NCBI RefSeq assembly: GCF_003334815.1
Contig: NZ_QOWO01000018.1
Reading direction: 5' to 3' (one strand)
Length of the DNA stretch: 64,000 bases
Source of the DNA: Escherichia coli
GTDB lineage: Bacteria; Pseudomonadota; Gammaproteobacteria; Enterobacterales; Enterobacteriaceae
The notes under the pieces were generated by a model. The model saw only the letters and a program-made list of their open reading frames with translations. It was not told where the DNA came from and did no database searches. The position numbers were made by a program, and so were the translations under genes. Position 1 is the stretch's first letter; the number at the start of each line of letters is the position of its first letter. This document shows positions 24,115 to 33,947 of the stretch, in pieces.

Positions 24115-24325
24115 TTGTGCGCAGATGCCTGATGCGACGCTAGCGCGTCTTATCATGCCTACAAACTTGTGCCGGATCGGTAGGCCGGATAAGGCGTTTA
24201 TGCCGCATCCGGCAGTTATGCGCAGATGCCTGATGCGACGCTGGCGCGTCTTATCATGCCTACAAACTTGTGCCTGAACGGTAGGACGGATAAGGCGTTC
24301 ACGCCGCATCCGGCAGTTGTGCACC
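24115..24325. repeat. REP/BIME cluster downstream of rayT (four REP units)
   Basis: Alternating-orientation REP palindromes; two near-identical about 100-bp units. Confidence 0.75.
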
Positions 24326-24337
24326 AATGCTGGATAC

Positions 24338-26431
24338 TTACATCAACGCCCCCATAATCTTCAACTCCAGCTCATCCGGCACTTCGTTATACGACAGCAC
24401 ATGCAGCCCCGGCGCAAACAACCTTGCATAACGCGCCAGCAAAGGGCGCAGCTGCGGTGGCACCAGCAGCACCGGGTCTTTCCCCGCCGCTTTCATCTGC
24501 TCTTTCACCTGTGGCATCGTACTCTGGAACTGGTTGAGCATATTCGGATCGACCGGCACGCTGTCGAGCATCACTTTCCCGCCCTGTTGCGCCTGATTCA
24601 CCACGTTGGTCAGCAGATTTTCCAGCTCATTATTCAGCGTATACACCGTCAGCTCCTGCTTGCGAACGAACGGATGGGTAATGCTGCGCCGCAATGCCAG
24701 GCGCACATCGGCCGCCAGCAGAATATGATCTTTCGTCACCGTGCTACTGGCGACCAGCACGGTGGCGATGGTGACGATATCGCGCAGGGAAACGCCTTCG
24801 GTCAGCAGCGTCCGGTACACTTTCAGCAACTGGCTGTAATTGAGCGCCGCGCTCAAATCTTCCGCCAGACGCGGTGCCGTCGACGATAAACGGTTATGCA
24901 ACTGCGTAATATCATCATAGTTAAACAAATCAGGAATATAGCTGCGCACAATCTTATTTACATGGGTAGCGATCACGCTGGCGCTGTCGATCACCTGATA
25001 CCCCATATTCAGCGCCTTCGCTTTCTGCGCCGCCTGGATCCAGGTGACCGGCATCCCGTACGCCGGGTCGTTCCCCTGCACGCCGTCAATCTCGCCGTAG
25101 GTTTCGCTGGAGGGCAGGGCCATCAGTTTATCCGCCGGAATATCCGCTTCATCAGCCTTTATGCCGTTGATGAAAATGGCGTACTGACTGGGCTTAAGGC
25201 GGAAGTTTTCCCGAATGCGGATCTCCGGCAGCAGCACGCCGTTGCCGTCAGAAATCACCTGCCGCACGCCGCGAATCCGCTGGGTGAGCGGGTTACCCTG
25301 TGCTTTGTCCACCAGCGCCACCAGTTTGTAACCGAGGCTTAAACTGATAGGCTCGATCAGCGGAATGGTTTCCCAACTGACCTGCTGCTCGCTGGTTTCG
25401 GTGATGGTGCGGGTCAGCGTTTCGAGGCTTTTCTCTTCCGCCTCCGCCGCCAGCGGCTGTTTGCTCATCCGCCAGCCGGTAAAACCAAGCAGGGCGCTGA
25501 ACAGCAAAAACGGCAGGTGCGGCATTCCCGGTACCACCGCCAGCACGAACATAATCCCGGTGGCGGTGTAGAGCACCGACGGGCTTGCCAGCAGCTGGTT
25601 ACGCACGTCATGGGCGATATCGCCGTTGTCGCTGACGCGGGTGACGATAATCGCCGCCGCGGTGGAGAGCAGCAGGGAAGGGATCTGCGCCACCAGGCCG
25701 TCGCCGATGGTCATCAGCACATACTGCTGGAAGGCAGCATCGGCGCTCAGGTTGTATTTGAAGATCCCGATACAGACGCCGCCGATCAGGTTGATCGCCA
25801 GAATCATCATCCCGGCGATGGCGTCCCCGCGCACAAACTTCGATGCCCCGTCCATCGCGCCGTAGAAATCGGCCTCGCTGGCAACATCTTTACGCCGGGT
25901 TTGCGCCTGCGCCTGGTTGATCAATCCGGCGTTAAGATCGGCGTCAATCGCCATCTGTTTGCCGGGCATCGCGTCTAAGGTAAAGCGGGCAGAAACCTCG
26001 GAAATACGCTCGGCCCCTTTGGTGACGACAATAAAGTTGATGATCATCAGGATGATAAACACCACGAAGCCGACGACAAAGTTGCCGCCGATCACCACCT
26101 GACCAAACGACTCAATCACCTTACCCGCCGCGCCCGCGCCGAGATGCCCGTGCAGCAGCACCACGCGCGTAGAAGCAACGTTAAGCGTCAGGCGCATTAA
26201 GGTGGTGATCAGCAAAATGGTCGGGAACAGGCTGAATTCCAGCGGTCGTTTCGCCGACACCGCCACCAGCAGCACCATCACCGCCAGCACAATGTTGAAG
26301 GTGAACAGAATATCCAGCAGCGCAGGCGGCAGCGGCAAAATAACCATCGCCAGAATACACAGGATCACCAGCGGCACGCCGAGATTGCCGCCGCGCAGCA
26401 GCGCGAGGAACGATTTAGTTGTTTTCGCCAT
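24338..26431 (-). CDS. lfhA: Lateral flagellar export apparatus protein, FlhA homologue
   Basis: 697-aa full-length FlhA-family protein (N-terminal TM domain, FHIPEP region). Confidence 0.85.
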   Translation of the reverse strand: MAKTTKSFLALLRGGNLGVPLVILCILAMVILPLPPALLDILFTFNIVLAVMVLLVAVSAKRPLEFSLFPTILLITTLMRLTLNVASTRVVLLHGHLGAGAAGKVIESFGQVVIGGNFVVGFVVFIILMIINFIVVTKGAERISEVSARFTLDAMPGKQMAIDADLNAGLINQAQAQTRRKDVASEADFYGAMDGASKFVRGDAIAGMMILAINLIGGVCIGIFKYNLSADAAFQQYVLMTIGDGLVAQIPSLLLSTAAAIIVTRVSDNGDIAHDVRNQLLASPSVLYTATGIMFVLAVVPGMPHLPFLLFSALLGFTGWRMSKQPLAAEAEEKSLETLTRTITETSEQQVSWETIPLIEPISLSLGYKLVALVDKAQGNPLTQRIRGVRQVISDGNGVLLPEIRIRENFRLKPSQYAIFINGIKADEADIPADKLMALPSSETYGEIDGVQGNDPAYGMPVTWIQAAQKAKALNMGYQVIDSASVIATHVNKIVRSYIPDLFNYDDITQLHNRLSSTAPRLAEDLSAALNYSQLLKVYRTLLTEGVSLRDIVTIATVLVASSTVTKDHILLAADVRLALRRSITHPFVRKQELTVYTLNNELENLLTNVVNQAQQGGKVMLDSVPVDPNMLNQFQSTMPQVKEQMKAAGKDPVLLVPPQLRPLLARYARLFAPGLHVLSYNEVPDELELKIMGALM

Positions 26432-27554
26432 CCAGTTTAAGCACCTCTTTGGGAATGGAAATATGTCTGTTCAGGGCCGGGCGCGGCTGTGCACCCTCGC
26501 GCCAGTGTTTCATTTGCAGGACGTAGGTCAGAACGTGGGCGATGGCCCGGTAAAGCTGAAACGGAATTTGCTGGTTCACCTGGGTGGTGTAGTAAACCGA
26601 GCGCGCCAGTCGCGGGAACTCGACCACTTCCACCTGATTCTCAGCGGCGACCTGGCGAATATAGAGGGCGATTTCATCGGTGCCTTTCGCCACCACAAAC
26701 GGCGCGGCGGCGCGCGACGAGTCATACTGCAACGCCACGGCGTAGTGGGTCGGGTTGGTGATCACCACGTTGGCTTTCGGCACCACTTTGCGAATTTGCC
26801 CCATCGCCAACTGCCGTTGCAGACGCCGCACGCGCGCCTTCACTTCCGGCTTGCCTTCCTGGTTTTTATACTCTTCTTTCAGCTCCTGTTTGGTCATCTT
26901 CAGCCCTTTGGTAAACAGGGCTTTCGCCAGCGGCACGTCGATTAACGCAAAGAAGATAAACAGGATGACAAAGTTGCGCATCACGCAGGCGTAGAGCGAT
27001 AAACCCTCATTCATCGCCAGTTTGAACGGTAGCGCCTGCAGGCCGAGAAAGGCGGCAAAGTTATTGCGCAGGCTTACCCACAGCATCACCAGCACCACCA
27101 CCGACTTCACCGTCATCTTTCCCGTTTCCGCCAGATGTTCACTGGAAAACAGCCGCCCAATGCCTTTTAACGGGCTGATTTTGCTGAAATCCGGGAGGAT
27201 TTTTTTCGGCAGAAACAGCCAGCCGCCGGGCACCAGCGAAGAGAGTAGCGCGGCAGCGGGCATCGGCAGCAAGGTGAGAATAAACTTGCCGAGTATTAAC
27301 AGGTGATGGCGCAGAAACTGGCCGATCACCTCCGGGTTATTAATCTCCTGCGCGTACTGATGCACGCTGATAAAACTCTCGCGCACAAAATCGGCATACC
27401 ACGGGAAGCTGCTGGAGATCACCACAAACGCCGCAAACAGGCTCGCCGCCAGCCCCATATCCTTCGAGCGCGGCAGTTGCCCCTCTTCACGCGCTTTACG
27501 CAGCTTTTGCGCCGAGGGTTTTTCTGTTTTTTCTTCGCTGCTGCTATCCGCCAT
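26415..27554 (-). CDS. lfhB: Lateral flagellar export switch protein, FlhB homologue
   Basis: 379-aa ORF with FlhB N-terminus (EKTEKPSAQKLRKAREEG) and NPTH autocleavage motif. Confidence 0.85.
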   Translation of the reverse strand: MADSSSEEKTEKPSAQKLRKAREEGQLPRSKDMGLAASLFAAFVVISSSFPWYADFVRESFISVHQYAQEINNPEVIGQFLRHHLLILGKFILTLLPMPAAALLSSLVPGGWLFLPKKILPDFSKISPLKGIGRLFSSEHLAETGKMTVKSVVVLVMLWVSLRNNFAAFLGLQALPFKLAMNEGLSLYACVMRNFVILFIFFALIDVPLAKALFTKGLKMTKQELKEEYKNQEGKPEVKARVRRLQRQLAMGQIRKVVPKANVVITNPTHYAVALQYDSSRAAAPFVVAKGTDEIALYIRQVAAENQVEVVEFPRLARSVYYTTQVNQQIPFQLYRAIAHVLTYVLQMKHWREGAQPRPALNRHISIPKEVLKLDGENN

Positions 27555-28326
27555 AGTGACCTTTCAGCGCGTCGAGTTGCTGCAACACAAAATTCGCCAG
27601 ATGCAGATAGTGATCCGGCAGGTTGTAGAGCAGGGTGGCAAAGCAGACCAGCCCCGCCAGCATGTTGATGGGAAAACCGAGTGAAAAAAGGTTCAGCGGC
27701 GGCGCAATGCGGTTGAGCAGGCCAAAGCAGCCCTGCACAATCAGCATGATAAAAGTGGTTGGCAGCGCCAGCAGCGATGCGGACGCCAGCACCCAGCTAA
27801 AGGCCAGCGCGATGGTGCGCAGGGTTTGCGGATGCAGCGCGTTGCCAATCGGCCAGTAGGTAAAGCCCTTATACAGCACACTCACCAGCAGCAGATGCCC
27901 GTCCATGGCAAAAAACAGCAGGATCGCGTAGACGTTGATGAGCTCCGCCAGCACGGTGGTCGATGCGCCACTGCTCGGGTCGTTCATCACCGCCATGCTC
28001 ATCCCCATATTGAACGAGAGAATTTGCCCGGCCAGCTGTAGCGCCAGAAACAAAAACTGAAACATCAGCCCGAATAACATGCCCCATAAAATTTGCTCCA
28101 CCGTCAGGATCAGGCTGTTGAGTGAAAGCAGGTCGTGGGGAATGGGATGCGGAATTAACGGCGTGATGATGATTGCCAGCGCCAGCGACAAAATAATCCG
28201 CACGCGCACGGTCAGGGCGCTGTTATCCAGCACTGGCACATAGCGCAGAAACGCCATAATGCGCACAAAGGGAAACCACAGCCCCAGCGCCAGATCCATC
28301 AGTTGCGTAACGTCGCTTGTGCGCAT
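27544..28326 (-). CDS. lfiR: Lateral flagellar export apparatus protein, FliR homologue
   Basis: Polytopic membrane protein; ATG at 28326 next to the lfiQ stop. Confidence 0.8.
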   Translation of the reverse strand: MRTSDVTQLMDLALGLWFPFVRIMAFLRYVPVLDNSALTVRVRIILSLALAIIITPLIPHPIPHDLLSLNSLILTVEQILWGMLFGLMFQFLFLALQLAGQILSFNMGMSMAVMNDPSSGASTTVLAELINVYAILLFFAMDGHLLLVSVLYKGFTYWPIGNALHPQTLRTIALAFSWVLASASLLALPTTFIMLIVQGCFGLLNRIAPPLNLFSLGFPINMLAGLVCFATLLYNLPDHYLHLANFVLQQLDALKGHYGG

Positions 28327-28327
28327 C

Positions 28328-28600
28328 TTAATGCACCAGCAGGGCGGCCTGGGTAAACAGGTGAATGCAGAGATCATGCAACTGGATAATCATCCATTTG
28401 CCGCACACGCCCAGCACCACCAGCGTGACAATCAGCCTCGGCAAAAAGCTCAGGGTCTGTTCGTTAATCTGCGTTACCGCCTGGAACACGCTCACCAGCA
28501 GGCCGACCAGCAAACTCGGCACCACCAGTACCGAAACCAGCAAAATCACTACTTTTATGCCGCTGGCGACAATGTCGGCGGCAACGTCTACGGTCAACAT
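28328..28600 (-). CDS. lfiQ: Lateral flagellar export apparatus protein, FliQ homologue
   Basis: 90-aa two-TM protein typical of FliQ. Confidence 0.8.
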   Translation of the reverse strand: MLTVDVAADIVASGIKVVILLVSVLVVPSLLVGLLVSVFQAVTQINEQTLSFLPRLIVTLVVLGVCGKWMIIQLHDLCIHLFTQAALLVH

Positions 28601-28602
28601 AA

Positions 28603-29355
28603 TCAGCCCAGCCCCAGCCCGCGAATGCTGGTGGTGAGCGTGCCGATGGTCAGCGACCAGCCGTCGATCAGCACAAACAGCATCAGCTTAAAGGGCAGCG
28701 AAACAATCAGCGGCGACAGCATCATCATCCCCATCGCCATCAGTACGCTTGCGACAATCAGGTCGATAACCAGAAACGGGATGTAAATCATAAAGCCAAT
28801 CTGGAAAGCGGTTTTCAGCTCGCTCAACACATAGGCGGGCACCACGATAGAGAGATCCTGGTCGGCGGCATTGCCCTTCGCGCCTCCGATGGTCATGATT
28901 TGCGCCATCGCTTTTTTGTCGGTCTGCGCCAGCATAAAGCGTTTGAGTGGCGTCGCGGCGGTGCTTAACGCATCGGTCAGGGTAATCTGATCGTTTTCGA
29001 ACGGCACTACTGCGTGGTCGTAAATATTGAGCCAGATGGGGCGCATCACCAGCATGGTGAGGGAGAGCGCAATGCCAATCAGAATGCGGTTTGGCGGCGT
29101 TTGTTGCAGCCCTAGCGCCTGGCGCAGCAGCGACAGCACGATAATAAAGCGCGCAAAGCAGGTCATCATCAGCGCCATCGTCGGCAGCAAACCGACGAGG
29201 GTCATCAGAATCAGTACCTGAATTTTGACGCTGTACTCCTGAGTGTTGCCGTGGGTGACCACGTTAAGCAGCGCAATATCGCCGCCCTGGGCGATTGCCA
29301 GCGGCGCAAGCGCCAGCAGCCCAAGGCCCAGCGTCAGTTGAGTGCGGCGTTTCAT
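28603..29355 (-). CDS. lfiP: Lateral flagellar export apparatus protein, FliP homologue
   Basis: 250-aa ORF with signal peptide and FliP-like membrane core. Confidence 0.85.
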   Translation of the reverse strand: MKRRTQLTLGLGLLALAPLAIAQGGDIALLNVVTHGNTQEYSVKIQVLILMTLVGLLPTMALMMTCFARFIIVLSLLRQALGLQQTPPNRILIGIALSLTMLVMRPIWLNIYDHAVVPFENDQITLTDALSTAATPLKRFMLAQTDKKAMAQIMTIGGAKGNAADQDLSIVVPAYVLSELKTAFQIGFMIYIPFLVIDLIVASVLMAMGMMMLSPLIVSLPFKLMLFVLIDGWSLTIGTLTTSIRGLGLG

Positions 29356-29723
29356 GGTGCCAGGTCGTTGATATCGCGGGTGTTAAATTCCAGCACGCGC
29401 AGGCCGTACTTCTCGTTGACCACCACCACTTCCGCTTTGCCCAGCAGGATATTGTTCACTTTAATATCCAGCGGCTCCCCGGCGAGTTTATCCAGCTCAA
29501 TCACCGTGTCGTCGTCGATGTTAAGGAGGTCGGCTAACATGATCTCCACCGACGACACTTCCAGCGTTAAGGTCACCGGAATGCGTTTTAGCAGCGTCAT
29601 CGAGTCGGAAAAACGGTCTTCCAGGCGGGTGACCAGCGTTTCAGCGTCGGCGGATTTTGCGACAGGCGCAACTTCATCGGTGAGGCCAAAATCCCCGGCT
29701 AAAATATCTTCTTGCTTACTCAT
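29352..29723 (-). CDS. lfiN: Lateral flagellar motor switch protein, FliN homologue
   Basis: C-terminal SpoA/FliN domain (ELDKLAGEPLDIKVNNILLGKAEVVVVNEKYGLRV); ATG at 29723. Confidence 0.8.
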   Translation of the reverse strand: MSKQEDILAGDFGLTDEVAPVAKSADAETLVTRLEDRFSDSMTLLKRIPVTLTLEVSSVEIMLADLLNIDDDTVIELDKLAGEPLDIKVNNILLGKAEVVVVNEKYGLRVLEFNTRDINDLAP

Positions 29724-30567
29724 GGCTATTCTCATTTTTGCCCGCCAGCTCCGACAAAAACAGTTTGTCTTTGTCTTCCACAATCAGGGCGCTAAATAAT
29801 TCAGATTGCCCAATCGCCACCGGGAACGTTTCTCCCAGCGAGATGGGTAAAATATCCCCGGCTTTTATCTGCGTGAGATCCGCGACATTCATCGATAGCT
29901 CGGCGATTTTGACGTTCAGGGTCAGCGGCAGGGAGCGGATGATCTCTTTAATCAGGGCCGGTTTATTGACGGATTTCGCCACCTGCTGCGGTTTACTGTG
30001 CTCGCTGTGGCGGATCAGATTTAAAATAAAATCGGTGTGGGCGTCGTCGAGCAAAATACGAAAACAGCTCTCTTCATCGCCCGCAAGGGTAAAGGTTAAT
30101 TGATACGCCCAGTGGGTAATCACCGTGCTGCTGTCCAGCTTTAATTTCAGCGCAATACCGGAGGTTTGCAGATTAAATATCAGCGTGCAGATATCCAGCG
30201 CGAGTCGGTTCTTTAATCGTGTTTCGGTTTTGGTCGGCAGGCCGTTATGCGCTTTCGCCTCTTCAAGAGACGACTCCAGACCATAAAAATTGCCCAGCAG
30301 CATTAACAGCAAGGAGCGATCAATATCAAACGCCAGATGCCCGACCTGGGAAATCATTAGTTCAGCGTTTTTATTAATAATATCCATTTCGCAGCCAATC
30401 TTTTTTAAGGTGATATTGCTGCGATGCTTTTTGAGAAAGTAGCTGCCCAGATGCGAATCAATCACGTCAAAATTCCCCGTAAACAGGGTCGGCAGGTGAT
30501 GGTAGGGGCGTCCGAGCCGATTACCTTCTAATTTAAAGATGCCTGGCGTTTTACTGTACTTCAGCAT
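29716..30567 (-). CDS. lfiM: Lateral flagellar motor switch protein, FliM homologue
   Basis: 283-aa ORF, first gene of the lfiM-to-lfhA operon; FliM-like size and position. Confidence 0.75.
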   Translation of the reverse strand: MLKYSKTPGIFKLEGNRLGRPYHHLPTLFTGNFDVIDSHLGSYFLKKHRSNITLKKIGCEMDIINKNAELMISQVGHLAFDIDRSLLLMLLGNFYGLESSLEEAKAHNGLPTKTETRLKNRLALDICTLIFNLQTSGIALKLKLDSSTVITHWAYQLTFTLAGDEESCFRILLDDAHTDFILNLIRHSEHSKPQQVAKSVNKPALIKEIIRSLPLTLNVKIAELSMNVADLTQIKAGDILPISLGETFPVAIGQSELFSALIVEDKDKLFLSELAGKNENSHE

Positions 30568-30740
30568 GGCTTACTTTCTCTGCTGTAATGGTATGGGCGA
30601 TTTTGTGCACGCAAATCCGGCAGTGACACAAGGTGAGGTATTAAATAGAGGGGGAGTGAAAGGGGCAAATTATTAATAGGATGAAAAAATAATTAAATTA
30701 TTAAAGGGCTAGATATCAGGCATCGTCATAACACATTGCA

Positions 30741-30833
<93 letters not shown>

Positions 30834-30953
30834 ATAACTCATTGTTTACCATAAAATAATATTTTTATTATCGTTTAATTCGAACTTGTTAATCCCGCCG
30901 GTGATACGCTTCACAATATCCTGTTTTCTGTCGCTACTGATATCGTTCACCCT

Positions 30954-31940
30954 ATGTCTGAACTTATTGCAACTGCCGCTTCCAGCATTAACGCTTTTAC
31001 TCTGGCAAAGCGTGTCGCCGCATTTAACGTGCCGGTGCTCATTCAGGGCGAAACCGGCGCGGGCAAAGAATGCGTGGCGAAATATATTCACACCGTAGCC
31101 TTTGGTGAAAATGATAACGCGCCCTATATCGGCGTGAACTGCGCAGCGATCCCGGAAAACATGCTGGAAGCTACATTATTTGGCTACGACAAAGGCGCAT
31201 TTACCGGCGCAATTGCCAGTGTGCCAGGAAAAATGGAACTAGCGAATAACGGCACCTTATTACTCGATGAAATTGGCGATATGCCGCTGGCGCTACAGGC
31301 CAAAATATTACGCGTATTGCAGGAGCAACAGGTTGAGCGATTAGGCAGCAACCGACAAATTAAACTCAATTTTCGCCTGATTGCCTGCACCAATAAAAAC
31401 CTTGAACAGGAAGTGGCTGCCGGGCGTTTTCGTGAAGATCTCTATTATCGTCTGGCGGTTATTCCTATTACCATGCCGCCACTGCGTGAACGTCTGAACG
31501 ATATTATTCCGCTGGCAGAGTCATTTATAAAAAAGTACTCCACGGTGCTGGTGAAAAATATCACCCTTTCAGAATCTACCCGCCGGGCGCTGCTCAATTA
31601 CCGCTGGCCCGGCAACGTGCGCCAGCTGGAGAACGCCATTCAGCGGGGAATGATTTTAAATCGCGACGGCGTGATTTACCCGGATGCCTTAGGCCTGCCG
31701 GAAACGGACGTTGCCGACCGCAGCGAACTGCAATGGCCTGTTCAGCCCGCCGTCCACATTGCCGAAACCAGCGATTTGGGCCAGCACGGACGAAGCGCCC
31801 AGTATCAATATATCGCTGACCTGATGCGTAAATATCAGGGCAACCGCAGCAAAATCGCCGACCTGTTAGGCATTACCCCGCGCGCACTGCGCTATCGACT
31901 GGCCTCCATGCGCAAGCAAGGTATCGAAGTTTTCTCCTGA
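30954..31940 (+). CDS. lafK: Sigma-54-dependent transcriptional activator (AAA+ domain plus C-terminal HTH; no receiver domain)
   Basis: Walker A GETGAGKE about 30 aa from the N-terminus, GAFTGA sigma-54 contact motif, C-terminal HTH (IADLLGITPRALRYRL). Confidence 0.85.
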   Translation: MSELIATAASSINAFTLAKRVAAFNVPVLIQGETGAGKECVAKYIHTVAFGENDNAPYIGVNCAAIPENMLEATLFGYDKGAFTGAIASVPGKMELANNGTLLLDEIGDMPLALQAKILRVLQEQQVERLGSNRQIKLNFRLIACTNKNLEQEVAAGRFREDLYYRLAVIPITMPPLRERLNDIIPLAESFIKKYSTVLVKNITLSESTRRALLNYRWPGNVRQLENAIQRGMILNRDGVIYPDALGLPETDVADRSELQWPVQPAVHIAETSDLGQHGRSAQYQYIADLMRKYQGNRSKIADLLGITPRALRYRLASMRKQGIEVFS

Positions 31941-31954
31941 CCCGGAAGTTAAAA

Positions 31955-32296
31955 ATGAGCATTACCACAATCAACAGCACCATGCAGGCGCAAATCATGC
32001 AGGACGTGCAGCGGATGCAGGCCAACGCCCAGGCGCCGGTGCTACCCGCCATGACCTTCAGTTCCACAGACCCGGACGTGTCGTTTAACCGCATTATGTA
32101 CGGCGCGCTTGGTCATGTTGATCAGTTCCAGCAGGTGGCGGAGCAGCAGCAAACGGCTGTCGACACGGGCAAAAGTGATGACCTGGCAGGTGCGATGATC
32201 GCCAGCCAGCAGGCGTCGCTCTCTTTCTCCGCGCTGGTGCAGGTGCGCAATAAAATCGCCACCGGGTTTAACGACCTGATGAGTATGTCGATCTAA
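31955..32296 (+). CDS. lfiE: Lateral flagellar hook-basal body protein, FliE homologue
   Basis: 113-aa ORF at the head of the FliE-J cluster. Confidence 0.75.
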   Translation: MSITTINSTMQAQIMQDVQRMQANAQAPVLPAMTFSSTDPDVSFNRIMYGALGHVDQFQQVAEQQQTAVDTGKSDDLAGAMIASQQASLSFSALVQVRNKIATGFNDLMSMSI

Positions 32297-32300
32297 CCCT

Positions 32301-33947
32301 ATGAATGCACAAATAAAGAAGTTAACCCAGGCGTTTCCGGCGTTTCGACTGCGTCTCGTAGATAACAAACGCTGGGCGTTGATGGCGGGAGTGGGGCTTG
32401 CCGTGGCGGCGACGGCGATTATCGTCAGCGTGCTGTGGACCGGTAATCGCGGCTACGTTTCGCTCTACGGACGCCAGGAAAATCTGCCCGTGTCGCAGAT
32501 TGTCACGGTGCTGGACGGCGAAAAGCTCAGCTACCGCATCGACCCGCAGAGCGGGCAGATTCTGGTGCCGGAAGATGAACTGTCGAAAACGCGTATGACC
32601 CTTGCCGCGAAAGGCGTGCAGGCGATATTGCCCAGCGGCTACGAGCTGATGGACAAAGACGAAGTGCTCGGCAGCAGCCAGTTCGTGCAGAACGTGCGCT
32701 ATAAACGCAGCCTCGAAGGGGAGCTGGCGCAGAGCATTATGTCGCTGGACGCGGTGGAGAGCGCGCGGGTGCATCTGGCGCTCAACGAAGAAAGCTCGTT
32801 TGTGGTCAGCGATGAGCCGCAAAACAGCGCCTCGGTGGTGGTGCGTCTGCACTACGGCGCGAAGCTGAATATGGACCAGGTGAACGCCATCGTGCATCTG
32901 GTTTCCGGCAGTATTCCGGGGCTGCAGGCCAGCAAAGTCAGCGTCGTCGATCAGGCGGGAAATCTGCTAACCGACGGCATTGGCGCGGGCGAGGCGGTCT
33001 CTGCCGCTACCCGTAAACGCGATCAGATCCTCAAAGACATTCAGGACAAAACCCGCGCCAGCGTGGCGAACGTGCTGGATTCGCTGGTCGGCAGCGGGAA
33101 TTACCGTGTCAGCGTGATGCCGGATCTCGACCTCAGCACCATCGACGAAACTCAGGAACACTACGGAGACGCGCCGAAAATAAACCGCGAAGAGAGCGTG
33201 CTGGACAGCGACACCAATCAGGTGGCGATGGGTGTGCCCGGCTCTCTCAGCAACCGTCCGCCGGTTGCGGCGAATCAGATGACCAACGGCACGGAAGAAA
33301 ATCGCTCGCCGGAAGCGTTATCCAAACACAGCGAAAGCAAGCGCGATTACTCTTACGACCGCAGCGTCCAGCATATTCAGCATCCCGGCTTTGCGGTGAA
33401 ACGCCTCAACGTGGCGGTGGTGCTCAATCAAAACGCCCCGGCGCTGAAAAACTGGAAGCCGGAACAGACCACGCAGCTTACCGCGTTGCTGAACAATGCC
33501 GCCGGGATCGACGCGCAACGTGGAGATAACCTGACGCTTTCACTGCTTAACTTTGTCCCGCAGGTGGTCCCGGTCGAACCGGTGATCCCGCTGTGGAAAG
33601 ATGACAGCGTGCTGGCCTGGGTGCGGCTGATTGGCTGCGGCCTGCTGGCGCTGTTGTTGCTGTTCTTTGTGGTGCGCCCGGTAATGAAACGCCTGACGGC
33701 GGTGCGTGCGCCGGTTATCACACCAGAACCGGAAGCTGTCAGCGAACCGTGGATCGCTATGCCGGAAGAGGAGCGCAAAAACGTCGATCTGCCGTCGCTG
33801 CCCGGCGATGACAGCCTGCCTTCGCAGAGTTCCGGCCTCGAAGTGAAACTCGAGTTCCTGCAAAAACTGGCCATGAGCGACACCGATCGCGTAGCCGAAG
33901 TTCTCAGACAATGGATCACCAGCAATGAGCGAATTGACAACAAATAA
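32301..33947 (+). CDS. lfiF: Lateral flagellar MS-ring protein, FliF homologue
   Basis: 548-aa ORF with N- and C-terminal TM segments typical of FliF. Confidence 0.85.
   Translation: MNAQIKKLTQAFPAFRLRLVDNKRWALMAGVGLAVAATAIIVSVLWTGNRGYVSLYGRQENLPVSQIVTVLDGEKLSYRIDPQSGQILVPEDELSKTRMTLAAKGVQAILPSGYELMDKDEVLGSSQFVQNVRYKRSLEGELAQSIMSLDAVESARVHLALNEESSFVVSDEPQNSASVVVRLHYGAKLNMDQVNAIVHLVSGSIPGLQASKVSVVDQAGNLLTDGIGAGEAVSAATRKRDQILKDIQDKTRASVANVLDSLVGSGNYRVSVMPDLDLSTIDETQEHYGDAPKINREESVLDSDTNQVAMGVPGSLSNRPPVAANQMTNGTEENRSPEALSKHSESKRDYSYDRSVQHIQHPGFAVKRLNVAVVLNQNAPALKNWKPEQTTQLTALLNNAAGIDAQRGDNLTLSLLNFVPQVVPVEPVIPLWKDDSVLAWVRLIGCGLLALLLLFFVVRPVMKRLTAVRAPVITPEPEAVSEPWIAMPEEERKNVDLPSLPGDDSLPSQSSGLEVKLEFLQKLAMSDTDRVAEVLRQWITSNERIDNK

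Noticed and set aside
24317-26945. Several 150 to 250-aa ORFs on the plus strand opposite lfhA and lfhB (for example 24317..24889, 25517..25978, 26202..26945)
   Set aside because: Antisense to strongly supported FlhA/FlhB frames; Arg/His-rich translations with no motifs.
30568-30740. A sigma-54 promoter for the lfiM-to-lfhA operon
   Set aside because: Only imperfect GG/GC-spaced matches on the minus strand; nothing comparable to the sites at 41519, 43179 and 56106.
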